DNA from: Lingula anatina
Taxonomy: Eukaryota; Animalia; Brachiopoda
Length of the DNA: 64,000 nucleotides
Assembly (NCBI GenBank): GCA_051362555.1
Contig: CM120645.1
Span: 11,346,001-11,410,000, forward strand
Direction: 5' to 3'
In this document: piece after piece, positions 51,078 to 64,000 of the stretch
How the letters are laid out: every line of letters begins with the position of its first letter
Position numbering within the stretch: the stretch's first letter is position 1
The notes under the pieces: generated by a model
Databases searched by the model: none
Seen by the model: only the letters and a program-made list of their open reading frames with translations
What the model was told of the DNA's origin: nothing
Made by a program: the position numbers and the translations under genes

Positions 51078-52453
51078 TAAAAAAAGATCCAGAGTACTGG
51101 TAACTCTCTGTTAGATTTGTTGTGTTTTGTGAGGAGAAAGGTCGTATTCAGATCAGTTTATTAATTGATACTTCTATACAAAACTGTACACACAAAGTTA
51201 TTTACAAATTAAGATCAATGAACTGTATCCATTAACTGATTTTCATACACACATTTATTTTTGACATGGACTTGAATTTCATATAATGGAACGTGCCAGT
51301 TTTTATGAAATTTGATTGATGCATCTAATCATTTTTACATCCAAGCAACCCTAATCTACAATGCATTACATAATCACAGTATTATTCAAATATTTGCCCT
51401 TTCACCTCTGTCGTGGCCTCCTGGGGGATATACTTTTGTTTCTTTACAATATCCTTCTGAGTAACAAGTCGGCCTTTTTAAAAGACGTAACAAGAAAGCA
51501 AGAGATAAACTGACAGTGGTTTAAAACTGATGACAATCCACTGACAAACCTGTGACATATATACACCGCATACTTTTTATACCACTTTGTAGAACCGCGT
51601 TAATACAATCTTTTACCAATAAATAAACTTAAAACTTTAAATAAGCATCTACTGTTTTGACCAGCCACCGTCCTTCTACGAACAAGATGCAGAGGTTACT
51701 TCCTGTTGTTGCAGTACATCGTACAGAAAATCGTGACAAAGCTTCATTGTTCAATATATTTCACAGAACAGTATGCCTTGTGTTTTCCTTTTGTAAATTA
51801 AAACGACATTCTGTCCTCTTTCTTCACAAAAAAGTACAGCTGTCACAAAAAAACGACGTTCACACACCGGGACTGGCAACCGTGACTAAAAGGCACTTCT
51901 TTTTTACAGGTTAACCGATGTTCTTTTGAAAAACCACACTTTGACATCGTACCCACCACAACAATCAACATTTGCGAACATATAAACATAGGCTGCCATC
52001 GTTTTAACCTTCCCTGATACTTATCATACTTATGATATCAAGAACACGGTGTCTTTGAAGACATATTAGAACTTAAAATTATACGTAGCTCTTTTTTTTT
52101 TGATTGAATCTTGCAAAGTACATTGGAATTTGCACCTCACGTAGTGGGAATCACATCGACTATGCTATTTATTGATATTTCAATTGAAGATTATTTTGTT
52201 AAAGATTTTTTATCGCAAATACAATTTAGCTGATATGTCCATACTTTCAGGATATCAAATACATATTACAGTTGTTGGCTTGTGGTCTCATTAGTTTACA
52301 CTTTAACGGCCCAAGGCCTAAAAAGCGTCATGGATCAGAACCCTCTGATATGAGCCCCTGTAAATTAGCTAGATACTCCTGCGCTATCCATACAATCAAG
52401 AAATGACAGGTGCCTTTTTTCTATTGCAAAAAGGGATTGCAATCAAGCCACTC

Positions 52454-52580
52454 CTTCCTGTTGCCAGGTCTTATCCCGTGTAAGTTAAACCTGGTGTGAA
52501 CAGAACCTCAGATCTGCTTCCTGTTGTGAAATCTTATCCCGTAGAAGTCAAACTTGATGAGAACAGGACATCAGATAGAC
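52454..52580. repeat. ~63-bp tandem duplication (2 copies)
   Basis: CTTCCTGTTG....TCTTATCCCGT..AAGT.AAAC.TG.TG.GAACAG.AC.TCAGAT repeated twice. Confidence 0.7.
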
Positions 52581-54273
52581 AGTGATTATCAAGGTTCATC
52601 GGAGACATGTGGTCGATTTGGGTGCGTACAGGTGCCTCCGGACTGGTGATGCCTTGGCCATTACCTGCAGTTTTTCGTGTGATAGTACAGACTGGAATCC
52701 AAATGGCATTCCGCACCTTGCGTTCATGTGCTGTGGTAGGCTACTAGCAATTCATCATAACTTGGTTTTTAGGGTTAGATGCAAAGGTCATTGGAGTGTT
52801 GGGAGAAAATTGCAGTTCATCAGGGAAACTAATTTTAAGTTCTCTGGAGAGTAGAGAAGTACTGGGTATGGGAGAAAAAGGAAATAGATTTGCTGTGCAC
52901 AGTCCACTGTTAATACAAAGGAGTCAATTTTTTTTAAATGTCAACAACTGTGTTCGCCTTTGAGTGTCATATTCACTCGATGAACCAGAGTAAACATCCT
53001 TAACCTTCAAACAGCGGTGCTGTTTTTACTGTATTTACTTTCACTTTCATTTTCCATCATCAATTACAGTAGGACATATATGCATTTGTATGAAGCATTA
53101 AAAGAATTAATAAATTCATTAATAAAAGCACAATGCGTCAATTTGTCCATTTTCCGAACAGTAAAAACTTTCCCACACCTTTTTTAACTGAGGTGAAAAA
53201 CATATCACAGTGGACATTCCATTGCCCTTTAATGGTCCTGAAAGGGAACAGGTGATCATGATGTCATCGCAAATCACACGTATACATGGGTTAAATATGT
53301 CATTAGTCAACAGACGCTTTTTTCACGAGCACACTGGAAATGTAATTTAAATGACCAAGACATTAATGACATTGGTACAATACAAACGAGTGGCCTGTTC
53401 CAACCTCAGTCCCATTATCGTTAGCAGCATGGGTGTTGATTGGTCATTTTCTGGCCTTAATGAGCGTCATAATAATATACATACATGATCCATGATCAGA
53501 CTTTAGAGATATATACAACAGACATTAAACATTCGAACGCATTGTTCGTATTGGCGTTGGCGAGACAGTGTTTGCCACATTGACACGCACCTGTTTTTGC
53601 TATGAGAAAAACCTTGAAACGATCAGGTCTTTGGTTCGTAGCTCCACATTTTACTCATCGCAGTATTGCTTGTTGGATTTTTGCACATAGCTTGTGGTTA
53701 AGCTTAATATTTTTTCTGAGCACACGAAACAGAGAAGTAAGTTAAATACACTCGTTAGCCGCATGCCTGGCGTGCCAAATAGAACAAATAAAGAACAATA
53801 GTGTAATCACCATTATCAAAACCCATCAACAGAATATCTCCACCTTGTAATTACAGGGTAGAAATAGAAAAGCACTGCAGGTCTAGACCACCTTGGTTCA
53901 ATACCAAACAGTCAGTGACACCACACCCTGTTAGGGCATGAGAATGAAAAAATGGTGCAAATTCAATGTACTTTATATTTATTCCATTTTCACAACTATA
54001 ACGTTGTTCATAAAACAACTGTCTCCCTGTGTGCAATCTCTCTTTTCTTTTAATGTATACGTTATTGAGAAAGTATGAAATACAAAAATAATCATAAAGA
54101 AAGGCGGTGAGGTGTCTCTAAAACAAATATATGTTTTAAAAGTATACAGATAGGCATGTTTTAAAAGTATACAGATAGGTATAAAAGAAAAGAAAAATCG
54201 AACCCGCATAGGATATTGCAACGTTTAAACAAGGGAATTAAATTCAGTATTCATCGAATAAATGTTTTAAAGA

Positions 54274-57200
54274 CTATGAAATATTCATAAATCCATCATG
54301 GCTCAGGACGACAAGTTCCTGGTCACTAAATGGCGTCTCCACCAGACCGCTGTTCCTCGGTGTCCCAAACGGCGAGGAATCAAAGGACATTTCACAAAAC
54401 TGGTCCTCGAACTGGCCGTCCCTGACCACCTTGGAGGCCCCGATATTAGCTTCGTGATACGGGTCCTCTTCGTTGAACATCATATTGGCACTTAACGTGT
54501 TCGAGTCACTTGAGACTCTGTTAATGTCTAATTGAGCAGGGTTTAGTAAGTTTTCATTTCGCGGATGGCCAGCCATTTGGGATGGTGATCGTACGCTATT
54601 TTTCCCGGCTTTAAATGTATTGCCACTTTCGTTTGAAGAGCGCGACTTTACACTGTTTTTGCCAGTCCTGTAAGTTACGCCACTCTCTCCAGAGGAGCGA
54701 GATTTCATGCTACTTTGTTCCTGGGGATAGGAAACCCCTCTTTTGCTTGATGAGTGCGATTTTATGCTGTGTTGATCGGGCTTATATAAAGCACCGCTCT
54801 CAGCGGGCAAACGCGATCTGATTCGGTTTTGCCCGGGCATAAGTGGATCGCTACCTTTCGGTGTTCTCACGCTCATGGGCTCGGTCTTTAATTTCTCGTT
54901 GCCTGGAGGGGCCCGAGATCTTACAGTGTGTGGCCCAGTCTTAGATGGTTTAGCCAGCCTTTTGGCTCCATTCATTATTGGACGCATTTTTATGTCTTTA
55001 ACAGGAACTAACATTTCTGTCGAAGAAGTTATGGATTTATCCTCTGCGTTCAACAGAGAGAATTTGTAATGTCCGAAGGGTACTCCGTTTCTACTGTCAT
55101 TACTACTGCCACGTGACTCACAGCGGGTTGCCCCATCCGGTTCCATGGAGTTCAATTCCGTGCAGGCGTAATGCGACTTTCTTCCTCCTTCTTTAAAAGC
55201 AGGCGGTTCTTCGAGCACCCTGTATGCATAATGCACGCTGCTGATAGGAGTGGAGCTGGTACTCTCTGGATTTGGGACTGAATTATTTGGACTATCGCCG
55301 GAGTCAGTGGCGTCCTCTGTGGTCTCATAGGAAGTTTCACCTTCGTCGTCGGAGTTTGGCCAGTCGTCGTAGATTGGTTCATCGCTACTTCCAAGAGAAT
55401 ATGGCGACACCTCCGAGTAGTCAAAGTTGGGGTCATTGTTGGTAGCGCCCCCTGTGTGAGCGTAACTGTACACTTGGTCGTTCAGACTTGGCCTTTGGTG
55501 TGGTTTCGAAGAAATGGCTGGCATTGTCAGGGAACGTCGTTTTGCCTCTCTGTCCTCAGCTCTTCTTCCGCGTGGACTGTTGTTCTTCCTCACTGTAGGG
55601 AGTGGCACGTGATGGTCTTGCTCCGCCGAGGGCATCATCCTCGTCGTGCTGCTAACTGTTCGGCAGTTAATACCACTGTCGCGATCGTCGTCCGTGTCTT
55701 CATGCTGCACGGTCACTGGAATCGGCGGCAACGGACCAGTTCGTCGACCAACGGTACCTTTATTCCTACGAGTCCGGCTCGACGCTGGGCTTGGATAGTC
55801 CACCCTTTTTAATAAATTGGCCCCGGTGACCGTGCCCGCTCTTCTGTGGTTTGAGTTCCACCCTGGTCTGAGGACGGGCCGCTGTTGCATCGTCCACCCG
55901 CTGATGGTGCCCGCGCGTGCGTTGATGTTGACTCTTCGAGCCATTCCCGGTGGTGGTCTCATTCTTGGAGATTGCCGAGCGGCGATGGTGCCGTTACTGA
56001 TTGTGCTGATGTCCGCCATTCTCAATGCCTCGTTATGCTGCAATATATATAGAAGTTGGGGGTTCAGTTTCATAAAAAAAACACGTTTATACATTTTGTC
56101 TAACAAATGCAGTGAATATTGTATGCAAATCGTTTTATTATAAATCGCGATGCAAAAATTTCATTTTAATGCTAATTGCAACCTTATGATATTCGCATTT
56201 TTTGCAAAAAAAAATTTAATGGCCTCAATCTATAACCATTTTATACCTCTGGGTCATGCGTAATGAAACGGAGGAACACGAAAAACTCACCATTCTCGCC
56301 TCGTCAATCTCTTGGTAGAGGCCCATGTTGCTAGGACTGTAATGGCCGTTGTCAGATACAGGGTGACGTCTTTTCATGTTATACATCTCGATCTGCATCC
56401 TCTTAAAACTAAAACAAACAGACGAATACCATTAGAAATTCTCGAAACAGAGGTTCCTTTTTAAAATTAATGTATTATTTGCGTTCAGATTAATATTATG
56501 TACATCATTTAATACTGCAAAGTGTAAAACTAAAAAATTCCAAGTCAAATCCATCTTTTTGACATAGGCATGCTTTTGTAACTGAAAAGCTCAAACCAAC
56601 AATACCGGCAAAACCAATAACACCGACAAAACAAATGAAATGTGAGCGGTACTCACGAAGATCTGGGTTTTCTCACGCTCCGTTTTCTGCAGATGCACCA
56701 CGCACAAATGGCGACCGTGCAGCAGATCAGCAGGAACCCCAGACCACTAAGAACGGCGACCAAGATCTCAATCACGTGTCTCTGGTGGTAGGGGTCCAAG
56801 TCGTCATGGTGACCGGCACCTCCGGCACCCATCGTGTAAACTGACGTTGGTATGGTAGCAGGTGTGGTTGCCATGGCGTTTGATTTTTGGGTCGTTTTCT
56901 TGGCGGACCCGGTTGTAAATGTCCCCCTACTTGTTGTTTTGGTACCTAAGACCGTTGAGTTTGGGGGAAGATAGTTCTTGAATTGGTCGTAGTACAAAGG
57001 GTATCGAGGTTTTGGGTACTGCGGGTAGTACACGGGCTTCCGATGAGGTTTCGACGGCGGTTTTACGGTCACTGGAGTCGTCGAGGTATAGTTCAAAGGG
57101 CCCAATGTAGTGGACGTCTTAAATTGGTCAAAAAATACTACACCTGGTTTGGTTGTAGTTCTTATAGTTTCGGTTGTTGGTTTTTTCGTCGTTGTAACTG

Positions 57201-58663
57201 CTGTTGTTGTCGTTGTTGTTGAAGGCGCCACAGTTGTAAGTGTTGTTGTTGCAGGTGTTGTTGTTGTTTTTGTCGTCGTCGTTGTGGGTTCTGGAGTTGG
57301 CTTTAACGTTGACGTCGATGTCGGTGTGGCAACTGTTGTCGCGGCAGCCGCAGCTTTCTTTTCATCAAGACATTGGCGTAAGGAGCTCACGGAGCACGTT
57401 GAGCGGAGGGAGTTGAACGCCGTGCCGGCCGGACAGCTTCTCTTGATCCAGCGGTTAAAGACGCACTCGAAGTACTGAGTACACTCGTCCACGTCCCCGC
57501 ACAGCAGTCCTACGACGTTGGTGGCACAATGGCGGCTGCAGGAGTCTGGAAATATATTTTGATTTATTTTTCACTGTATTATTATTATTATTATTTGCAA
57601 AACGCGGCTCTCACATAGCATTTACAGTAAAATATAAATAGCTATTCGTAATTGCCAACAGGACTACCCAGTAAAATTTAACATACGCACAATTGTATAT
57701 CACCCACCGTTTTAGAAGTGAACGTGAGGTCTTTGTACAGTTTGCACCTTGTCCCTTTCAAGGTGTCTTATCTCAACGTTTAAACAGAATATACACATTT
57801 CTCTCGAGAATATTTTCTTTTCTGTATTTTGCAGTGCTACTTAAATGAAAATATACACGGAATATATATCCATAGATATTTTTTCATTCAGAATATGATT
57901 TTTTTCGTTCGAAATCTGGTACTCCGTGTAAGCTACGTCAAAGGCTAACGTGTTTGGACACTGTACAGAAGATAAAACTGACAAAACAATGAGTCCACAG
58001 TGATGAAATGCAGCTTGTCATTCCAGCCAGTGATTATTGCACTAGCTATAGTAAAGCGAAACTGTAAACATCCCTACAAAATCTTTGTTTTATAACCACT
58101 AGCTATCCCCTCCTCTGGATGAAAGAACTTGCAGTAGGCTTCTCAAAAGTTGGCTGCAATTCTTCTAAAGCAGGTGTATTTATGCGCGGTGGGTTAGTGC
58201 CATTTAAAATGTCATCTTAACATTCAACGGCATTAATTTTATTCATTGGCTTATAAAATAGAATTCTGGCAGTGATTCACACCAACTCAGAGGGAAAAAA
58301 ATAAGAATGAGTTATGTAGCAAAGATGACACTGTTGGATGTGTTTTCATTTTTCTATTAATTGTCTTGAAGACTTGGTGTCGCGTGTATCTTTCAAATAC
58401 GGAAATTGATATCATTTTAATTTCCCCTCTTCCACAATACTTTACCTATATGGGCTAATGGGTGGCTGTCATATTGCAAATGACTTTTTCATGGGTCACG
58501 CTCGCTTGCGGTCTCAGGTAGATGAGGTAAGACATTTGTAGCTAATGTGCTTCATGTTTGGAGAAACATGCCTAATGCGATTTAGGTTCGAAAATTTATT
58601 ACTTTTTTAGTCTCCGAATGCTTTTCATCATTTAAGACGCCAGCTACTATTTGTTGTTGTTTG

Positions 58664-58695
<32 letters not shown>

Positions 58696-59669
58696 TTTTT
58701 TTTTTTTTTTTTTTTGTTCTCTTTGTTGCGTTAGATATCCTCTTCGTTATACTGTCATATGACTTGTTCCTGTAATTTTTAATATCATACATGATAATCT
58801 TCGAAGAAACAAATAAAAATACCACTCATCAATACTCGCGTTAGGTGTGCATAATTACGATATTTTATCTTCTCGAGCGGACACGCGTTTTACTTGCAAG
58901 CGATGGAGAGTTAAATGTGATCTATATCTTTGAACCTTTCAATCCGTTCATCTTCTGGTTTTCTTTTCTAAAACAAAAGTTATACAGATAAACCGTGTAT
59001 ACAGTTCTGCTACTGTCAACTCCCACAGTAAGATAAATATGTAAACTGCATATAAACGACGTGTTACACCACAGCGTGTTGCGTGCCTGTGGCCCATTAG
59101 CTGAAGTTTATACCAAAGACCATTGTAATTACTGACGAAAATCTGGTCCTATGCATATTGCCTCGGTCATTCATCGCTCCACTTGTAATAAAGAGAGTAC
59201 CAAACCAAGTTCAGAATAAAAACAAAGGTTTTGTTTCTTATACTTGGAAATAATTTAGGCTTAATGCTGTCTTTTCGGAATAACGGGATGTTGAAGCAGA
59301 AGACAGAAACAGGCAGTGCGTTCAGAGATTTGACAATAGTTCATTAAGTCCACTACCTTTTGGATCAAAGTTCAGTTGTAAATGAATTATAATGTCACAG
59401 AAACTAAATTGTGGCTCCTATCAGCCCATTTACTTTACCTATATAGGAGCTCGAAAAGTTAACTGTGTTCATTTTTCCCTAAGTGGTTCCATTTCTAAAC
59501 TATAAAATACAAAACATGTTGTCTAAACGAACGTTTACTTTTTCTTATTTTGCAAAACGGCGTTCCTTTGCACATTTCAATGTGGGTGCATCGACTAGTA
59601 GGTCTGAACACGAAATTTTTTTTTACATTTCATGGCTGACACATTGTACGCATAAATATTCAATTCCAT

Positions 59670-59710
<41 letters not shown>

Positions 59711-60001
59711 TCACAGTCAACGTCTTGCTGTAATCTAAACTGTTGTAGCTTTTATGGAAGACGATATAACGCCATATTTACTTAAATATATATAATTATA
59801 AAAGCTGTAATTAATGGGCACAATCTAACAGTAATGCAATACGCATAATTTGCCGTAAATTAGCAGGGAAGGTGACAGGTACGAGATATTTGCCAGGAAA
59901 AGGCGGAATTCCTAATTAATTAGTCCTAATATTCTTACAATAAGGCACCGTTTTCGGAAGTTGGCTATGAATTTATAATTGATCACGTTCACTTACACCT
60001 G

Positions 60002-60032
<31 letters not shown>

Positions 60033-61903
60033 CGCGCGTGTGCGTCAGCGTGCGTGTGTTTGTATGTGTGAAAACAAATAATAATAAGCATACTAAACAG
60101 TGTTTCACATCTCCAAGCTTGATCTACTATTATTTAAAGAAAAAAAAACGCATGAATTGACACTGTCTGTCACAGTAATGCCATTATCTCTCTGGCTATC
60201 TCGTCGTATTTGTGCTGAAAACAGGAAATATGATAAAACATGACACTTCCCTCCCATATATTCCATTCATAAAGTGGAAAAGGAAATACAGTTATAGATA
60301 TGTTTTGACATATCCTGCTATTTTGTCAGGTAAACTTCATTTGACACCCAAATGGCTCACGACAGGATCATGCGGTGAAATCGTCTCATGAGTCACTGAC
60401 TACTGTGCCATATAAGAGACGGGCCGTGCTAGGGTTTAGTCATGGGGTCAGATTGGGAAGTTTCGAAATTTGCGAGCAACAACCATTCATGAATTTCATA
60501 TAAGTCAGCAAATTGTTCTTGGCAAAATGCTATTATTTTATTATTATTATAGTGCCACCCAATTCAAAAGCCACTCCCGCATCATTTTGGGTGATAATCT
60601 AAGAAATTTTAAGTATTTCCTTATGTTTTATAGGCAAAGGCAGCGTTTACAAGATACCTTATAAAATAATTTTGATTGCATTTTAGATATTCCTTCCTAA
60701 ATGCCAAATTATCCCTCTGTCCTTTCCATCCACTTAAAACAATGGTCCTAAACGTGATTTTCTAACCTAATTTTGACATTAGTGAGCTCATCTCGCTACC
60801 AGTCTTAGATGTCTTAGTCTGAGTCTTAGATTCCAGAGTACCCACCACAACTTATTCTGTTTATCATAGGTTTTCAAAAAATTATATACTTTAAGCCATA
60901 TAATGCTAATTAGTCACAAAACTTTATTTTATTTTTTGTATGAAATCGTCTCCTTTGTTTTGAACATATTTATTCATTTCCTTTATAGATTGTATTCCGC
61001 ATTATATTAGTGTTAACACAAGCCATGACAGAACCTGCACCTAGTACGGCGGAGAGAGTGTGGTCTCATACCCACTCCTTTTCAGGCTCTCACCATCTAA
61101 ACTAATGTGTCTTATTTGTCATCCTGTCTTGGTCTACTGCGTTGGATTTAAACTGGTTGCCCCAACACTGCCCACGGTATTTGGCATAATGTTAGTAAAT
61201 TTTGAAATACATCTAACGCGATCATCTTATTCCAATTTAACGTACATGACACTGCGCCGGTATGTCTTGTTTTGATGGCGTATAAAAGTTCGTTTTCACA
61301 TAACGCTACAAGTGGAAGTGCTGTGTTAAAAAACAGATTGACAGTCAACCTGCCTGTGTGAGGTGAAATAAAAAAACTGCCACTCATTATTGCTTTCTAA
61401 ATAATAATTAAAAACTTCATGGCATGTGGTGAAATGAGAGTATATGTACTTCTGTAGGCTTGCAAAACGTTTGTTATTGACCGTCACATTGTACAGCGAA
61501 TGTTTGATAATTAGTTTGACATACTGTAAAATAATAAGCTATGACTTTCTCCAGTATGGCACACCTGTCAGTATAACATTGTCATCATATGTCGCACAGT
61601 CTAACCCACCTTTAATGACCATTTTGTACGTAAGATCAGATAAATGATGTTATGAAAAAAATACTGTCAGAATGCGACATATGTCAAGACATTGGCATGT
61701 GTCCTGGCCTCAAATAACTGTCTCTGAGGTATCACAACAACAACAACATAATGTATATGTTAACAGTGTACCACCTGTGCTATTGTCTTACCTTCTATCA
61801 CCGCCTCTGACGTGTGAAAACACAACAAAACAATAATAAACACCACGCATATCCCCAAAATCTCCCCGGGCCGCTCCTTGTCACGACGGGCACGAGACGC
61901 CAT
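54274..61903 (-). CDS. Chitin-binding type-2 mucin-stalk transmembrane protein, paralog 2 (~960 aa, long cytoplasmic tail)
   Basis: Exons 61903-61792 (Kozak ACCGCCATGG; signal ILGICVVFIIVLLCFHTSEA), 57545-56657 (CTQYFECVFNRWIKRSCPAGTAFN...C, Thr stalk, TM ILVAVLSGLGFLLICCTVAICAWCIC), 56408-56291, 56037-54274. Intron phases 1,2,0, identical to paralog 1; 2883 nt open frame. Confidence 0.82.
54580..54831 (-). repeat. 19-aa (57-nt) coding tandem repeat, ~4.5 copies
   Basis: QNRIRSRLPAESGALYKPD / QHSIKSHSSSKRGVSYPQE / QSSMKSRSSGESGVTYRTG / KNSVKSRSSNESGNTFKAG / KNSVRSPS. Confidence 0.8.
59672..59707. repeat. (CT)n microsatellite (intronic)
   Basis: Perfect CT run; a second one at ~60004-60031. 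Confidence 0.9.
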
Positions 61904-62929
61904 GGCGGTCATCCCGAGCACTCGTTTCGTCTTGTTGCCCCGGTCTCGCACGAGAAGGTACTCGGTGAGGATGAACATTAACCGAGGCGTGGAGTCCCCA
62001 GCGCCTCCAAGCTGGTAGATTAAAGTCACAGATATGCAAAAACGACTTGAAAAACTCAGCTGGGTATCATCCGAGTTGTACCGCGATGATCAGTGCTTTT
62101 TAGGCCTGTCGCATCTTTGCGGGTAAAAGTCCCTTTATGGTTTATTTCTCCTGTCAGATCTTACTCGAGTTAGTTTTGAAAATAAAAATGGCGAGTTTAG
62201 TTCATATATAGACTTCACTCCAGCTTGAAAACGCACCGACTGATACAGAATCAATTCAAGACAATGGGGCTCTGTTAACGACCGCGGTACGCACGATGAA
62301 AACGATCAAGCGCTGTAATTACGGGTGCCGCGCGACTCCGCCGGCCTCTTCGCTCCATGTTTGACTCACTTGCATGTTATCGCGTGGTTATCGTCGGGGG
62401 CGTCATGGCTGCCTAGCGTGTGATGGTAGATACATCATGCTTTACAGCGACTTTTCCGCGACAGAAACAAAACTTTTGGAGACCATCTAATCAAGACCGC
62501 GTCACCGCCAATTGAAAGTGTTGGCACCTTTTTGGTGTAATTTAATTGAAATTTCTTCAAACACGCCAACTAGTTATATGAAAAGGTCAAATCTTTTTTT
62601 TTTTCTTTTGCTCAAATATTTCGCTGGCAGATCTAGTCAATGAAAAAGGTGGGGTTTGGTTAGTGCGGTAATTGTAGTAGGGGGAACGAAAACATTTTGG
62701 TCGATCTCATTCGGTTTTTTATAAATATATGTTTACTCGGTTACAAAAACAGGGTCATGGGAAGTTTTGTTAACAAAAAATCCGTCCTCAATACTCGCTT
62801 ATTTAGCGGAAATCCCAGACTAGAATATTTCCGTGCCAACCACAACAACTGTAGTTTATCTAACGTTTCCTTTTATGGAACTTGTATTCTTAGTATGCTA
62901 TCTGCGTTTTTCTACTTAGATAGATTTGC

Positions 62930-62930
62930 A

Positions 62931-62990
<60 letters not shown>

Positions 62991-63000
62991 AATAAATAAA
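62930..63000. repeat. (AAT)n/(AAAT)n microsatellite
   Basis: Trinucleotide run followed by tetranucleotide run. Confidence 0.9.
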
Positions 63001-64000
63001 AAAACATTAAAAAGTAATAAAATAATTTGAAGATGGTATTAATTTTTAGACAGGAGCTGATTTAATTTATATTATTCTTGCTATTCTAAAATTTCTCTTG
63101 GCGTATTTCATATATTCCCTTTTTTGACTTGTATCGATACGAAGTGAAATATCTTTATTGGCCTGTTTGTCTTCACCTTCTTCCTCTTCATCTGATATAC
63201 GCATCTTCATTTTGAAGCACATATAACTGGTTATTATTTACTCATATTTCGCGACCATTCCTTTCTTTGTTTCCCCATTTATCTACAAGTATTTTATCAG
63301 TCTCGCCAGATCATGTGGATTTGGTGATAAAATCATTGAGAAGTACAAATTAATGTGGCAACAACATCAAAATCATGACGCACAGCCTAGTAGACTAGAA
63401 CATTACCCAAGGCATGTAGTCCCCGTGATCAAAACCAAAGGTTGATAAAATTGATGAGAAACAAATAAAGCCATTCACACGGGGCCACCGTCGTACAAGT
63501 TTAGGATATGCAGATAGCAGGATAGTCTCGCGGGTGGACGGGAAATAGCGTGACCTTAGCTATCACGTGTCACCAATAGAAGCCATCAAACGCTTTGTCA
63601 AGGGGCAATGTTTGCGATTAATGGGAAGATAGGTAACAAATGAATGTTTAGGGAAGAGGTGTGAAGGCTTAAAAGATGTTGGACACGTATAATTAGTGGT
63701 GATCTCGCGTTTAAGGATGGGATTAGATTAAACTAAGTTATCTATTTCTTCCATCTAAATAACTAGCCACACCTTGAGGCAGCCTCCTTACTAAACAAAA
63801 TGTTGGCGTGATATTTCCGATTACGATCGATTTCATGAAGTAGGCCTACTGTGCTTTGACACCTTCCTGTAGATAGGGCAAGCGTGTTTAAATTGTTTAT
63901 TTATGCATATTCATATAAAAGAAAGAAAAAGCGATCACGACTGTTATCTTGTCTATGTAAGTGCATCAAGTTTGGTCCGGGTCTTGGACCAGTACACGCA

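Noticed and set aside
56038-56106. ORF-track N-terminus (MLDKMYKR...) of the 610-aa ORF
   Set aside because: Intronic read-through upstream of the acceptor at 56038; the same applies to ORF starts at 32047, 33645, 43974 and others.
63480-63700. CCAAT and CACGTG motifs as a possible promoter
   Set aside because: Short motifs occur by chance; no transcription start evidence.

Overview
AT-rich eukaryotic DNA with GT-AG introns, microsatellites and DNA-transposon/LINE debris. It is most likely a marine invertebrate such as a mollusc or other lophotrochozoan (inference). The window holds: (1) a tandem array of four intact, intronless NXPE/PC-esterase (GDS...DxxH) family genes on the minus strand, arranged A-B-A-B, with mosaic sequence and decayed extra fragments; (2) a 13-exon plus-strand gene for a ~957-aa type I membrane protein with five divergent CUB-like repeats and cytoplasmic PPxY motifs; (3) two paralogous 4-exon minus-strand genes encoding signal peptide + 8-Cys chitin-binding type-2-like domain + Thr-rich mucin stalk + TM + Tyr/Pro-motif cytoplasmic tail; (4) a CHST8-14-type carbohydrate sulfotransferase exon between those paralogs; (5) a degenerate Tc1/mariner element, LINE fragments, MITE/foldback elements and a tRNA-derived insertion. 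The best candidates for an undescribed system are the receptor-like chitin-binding pair and the clustering of glycan O-acetylation, sulfation and chitin-binding/mucin genes. All gene models were read by eye; no database searches were run.
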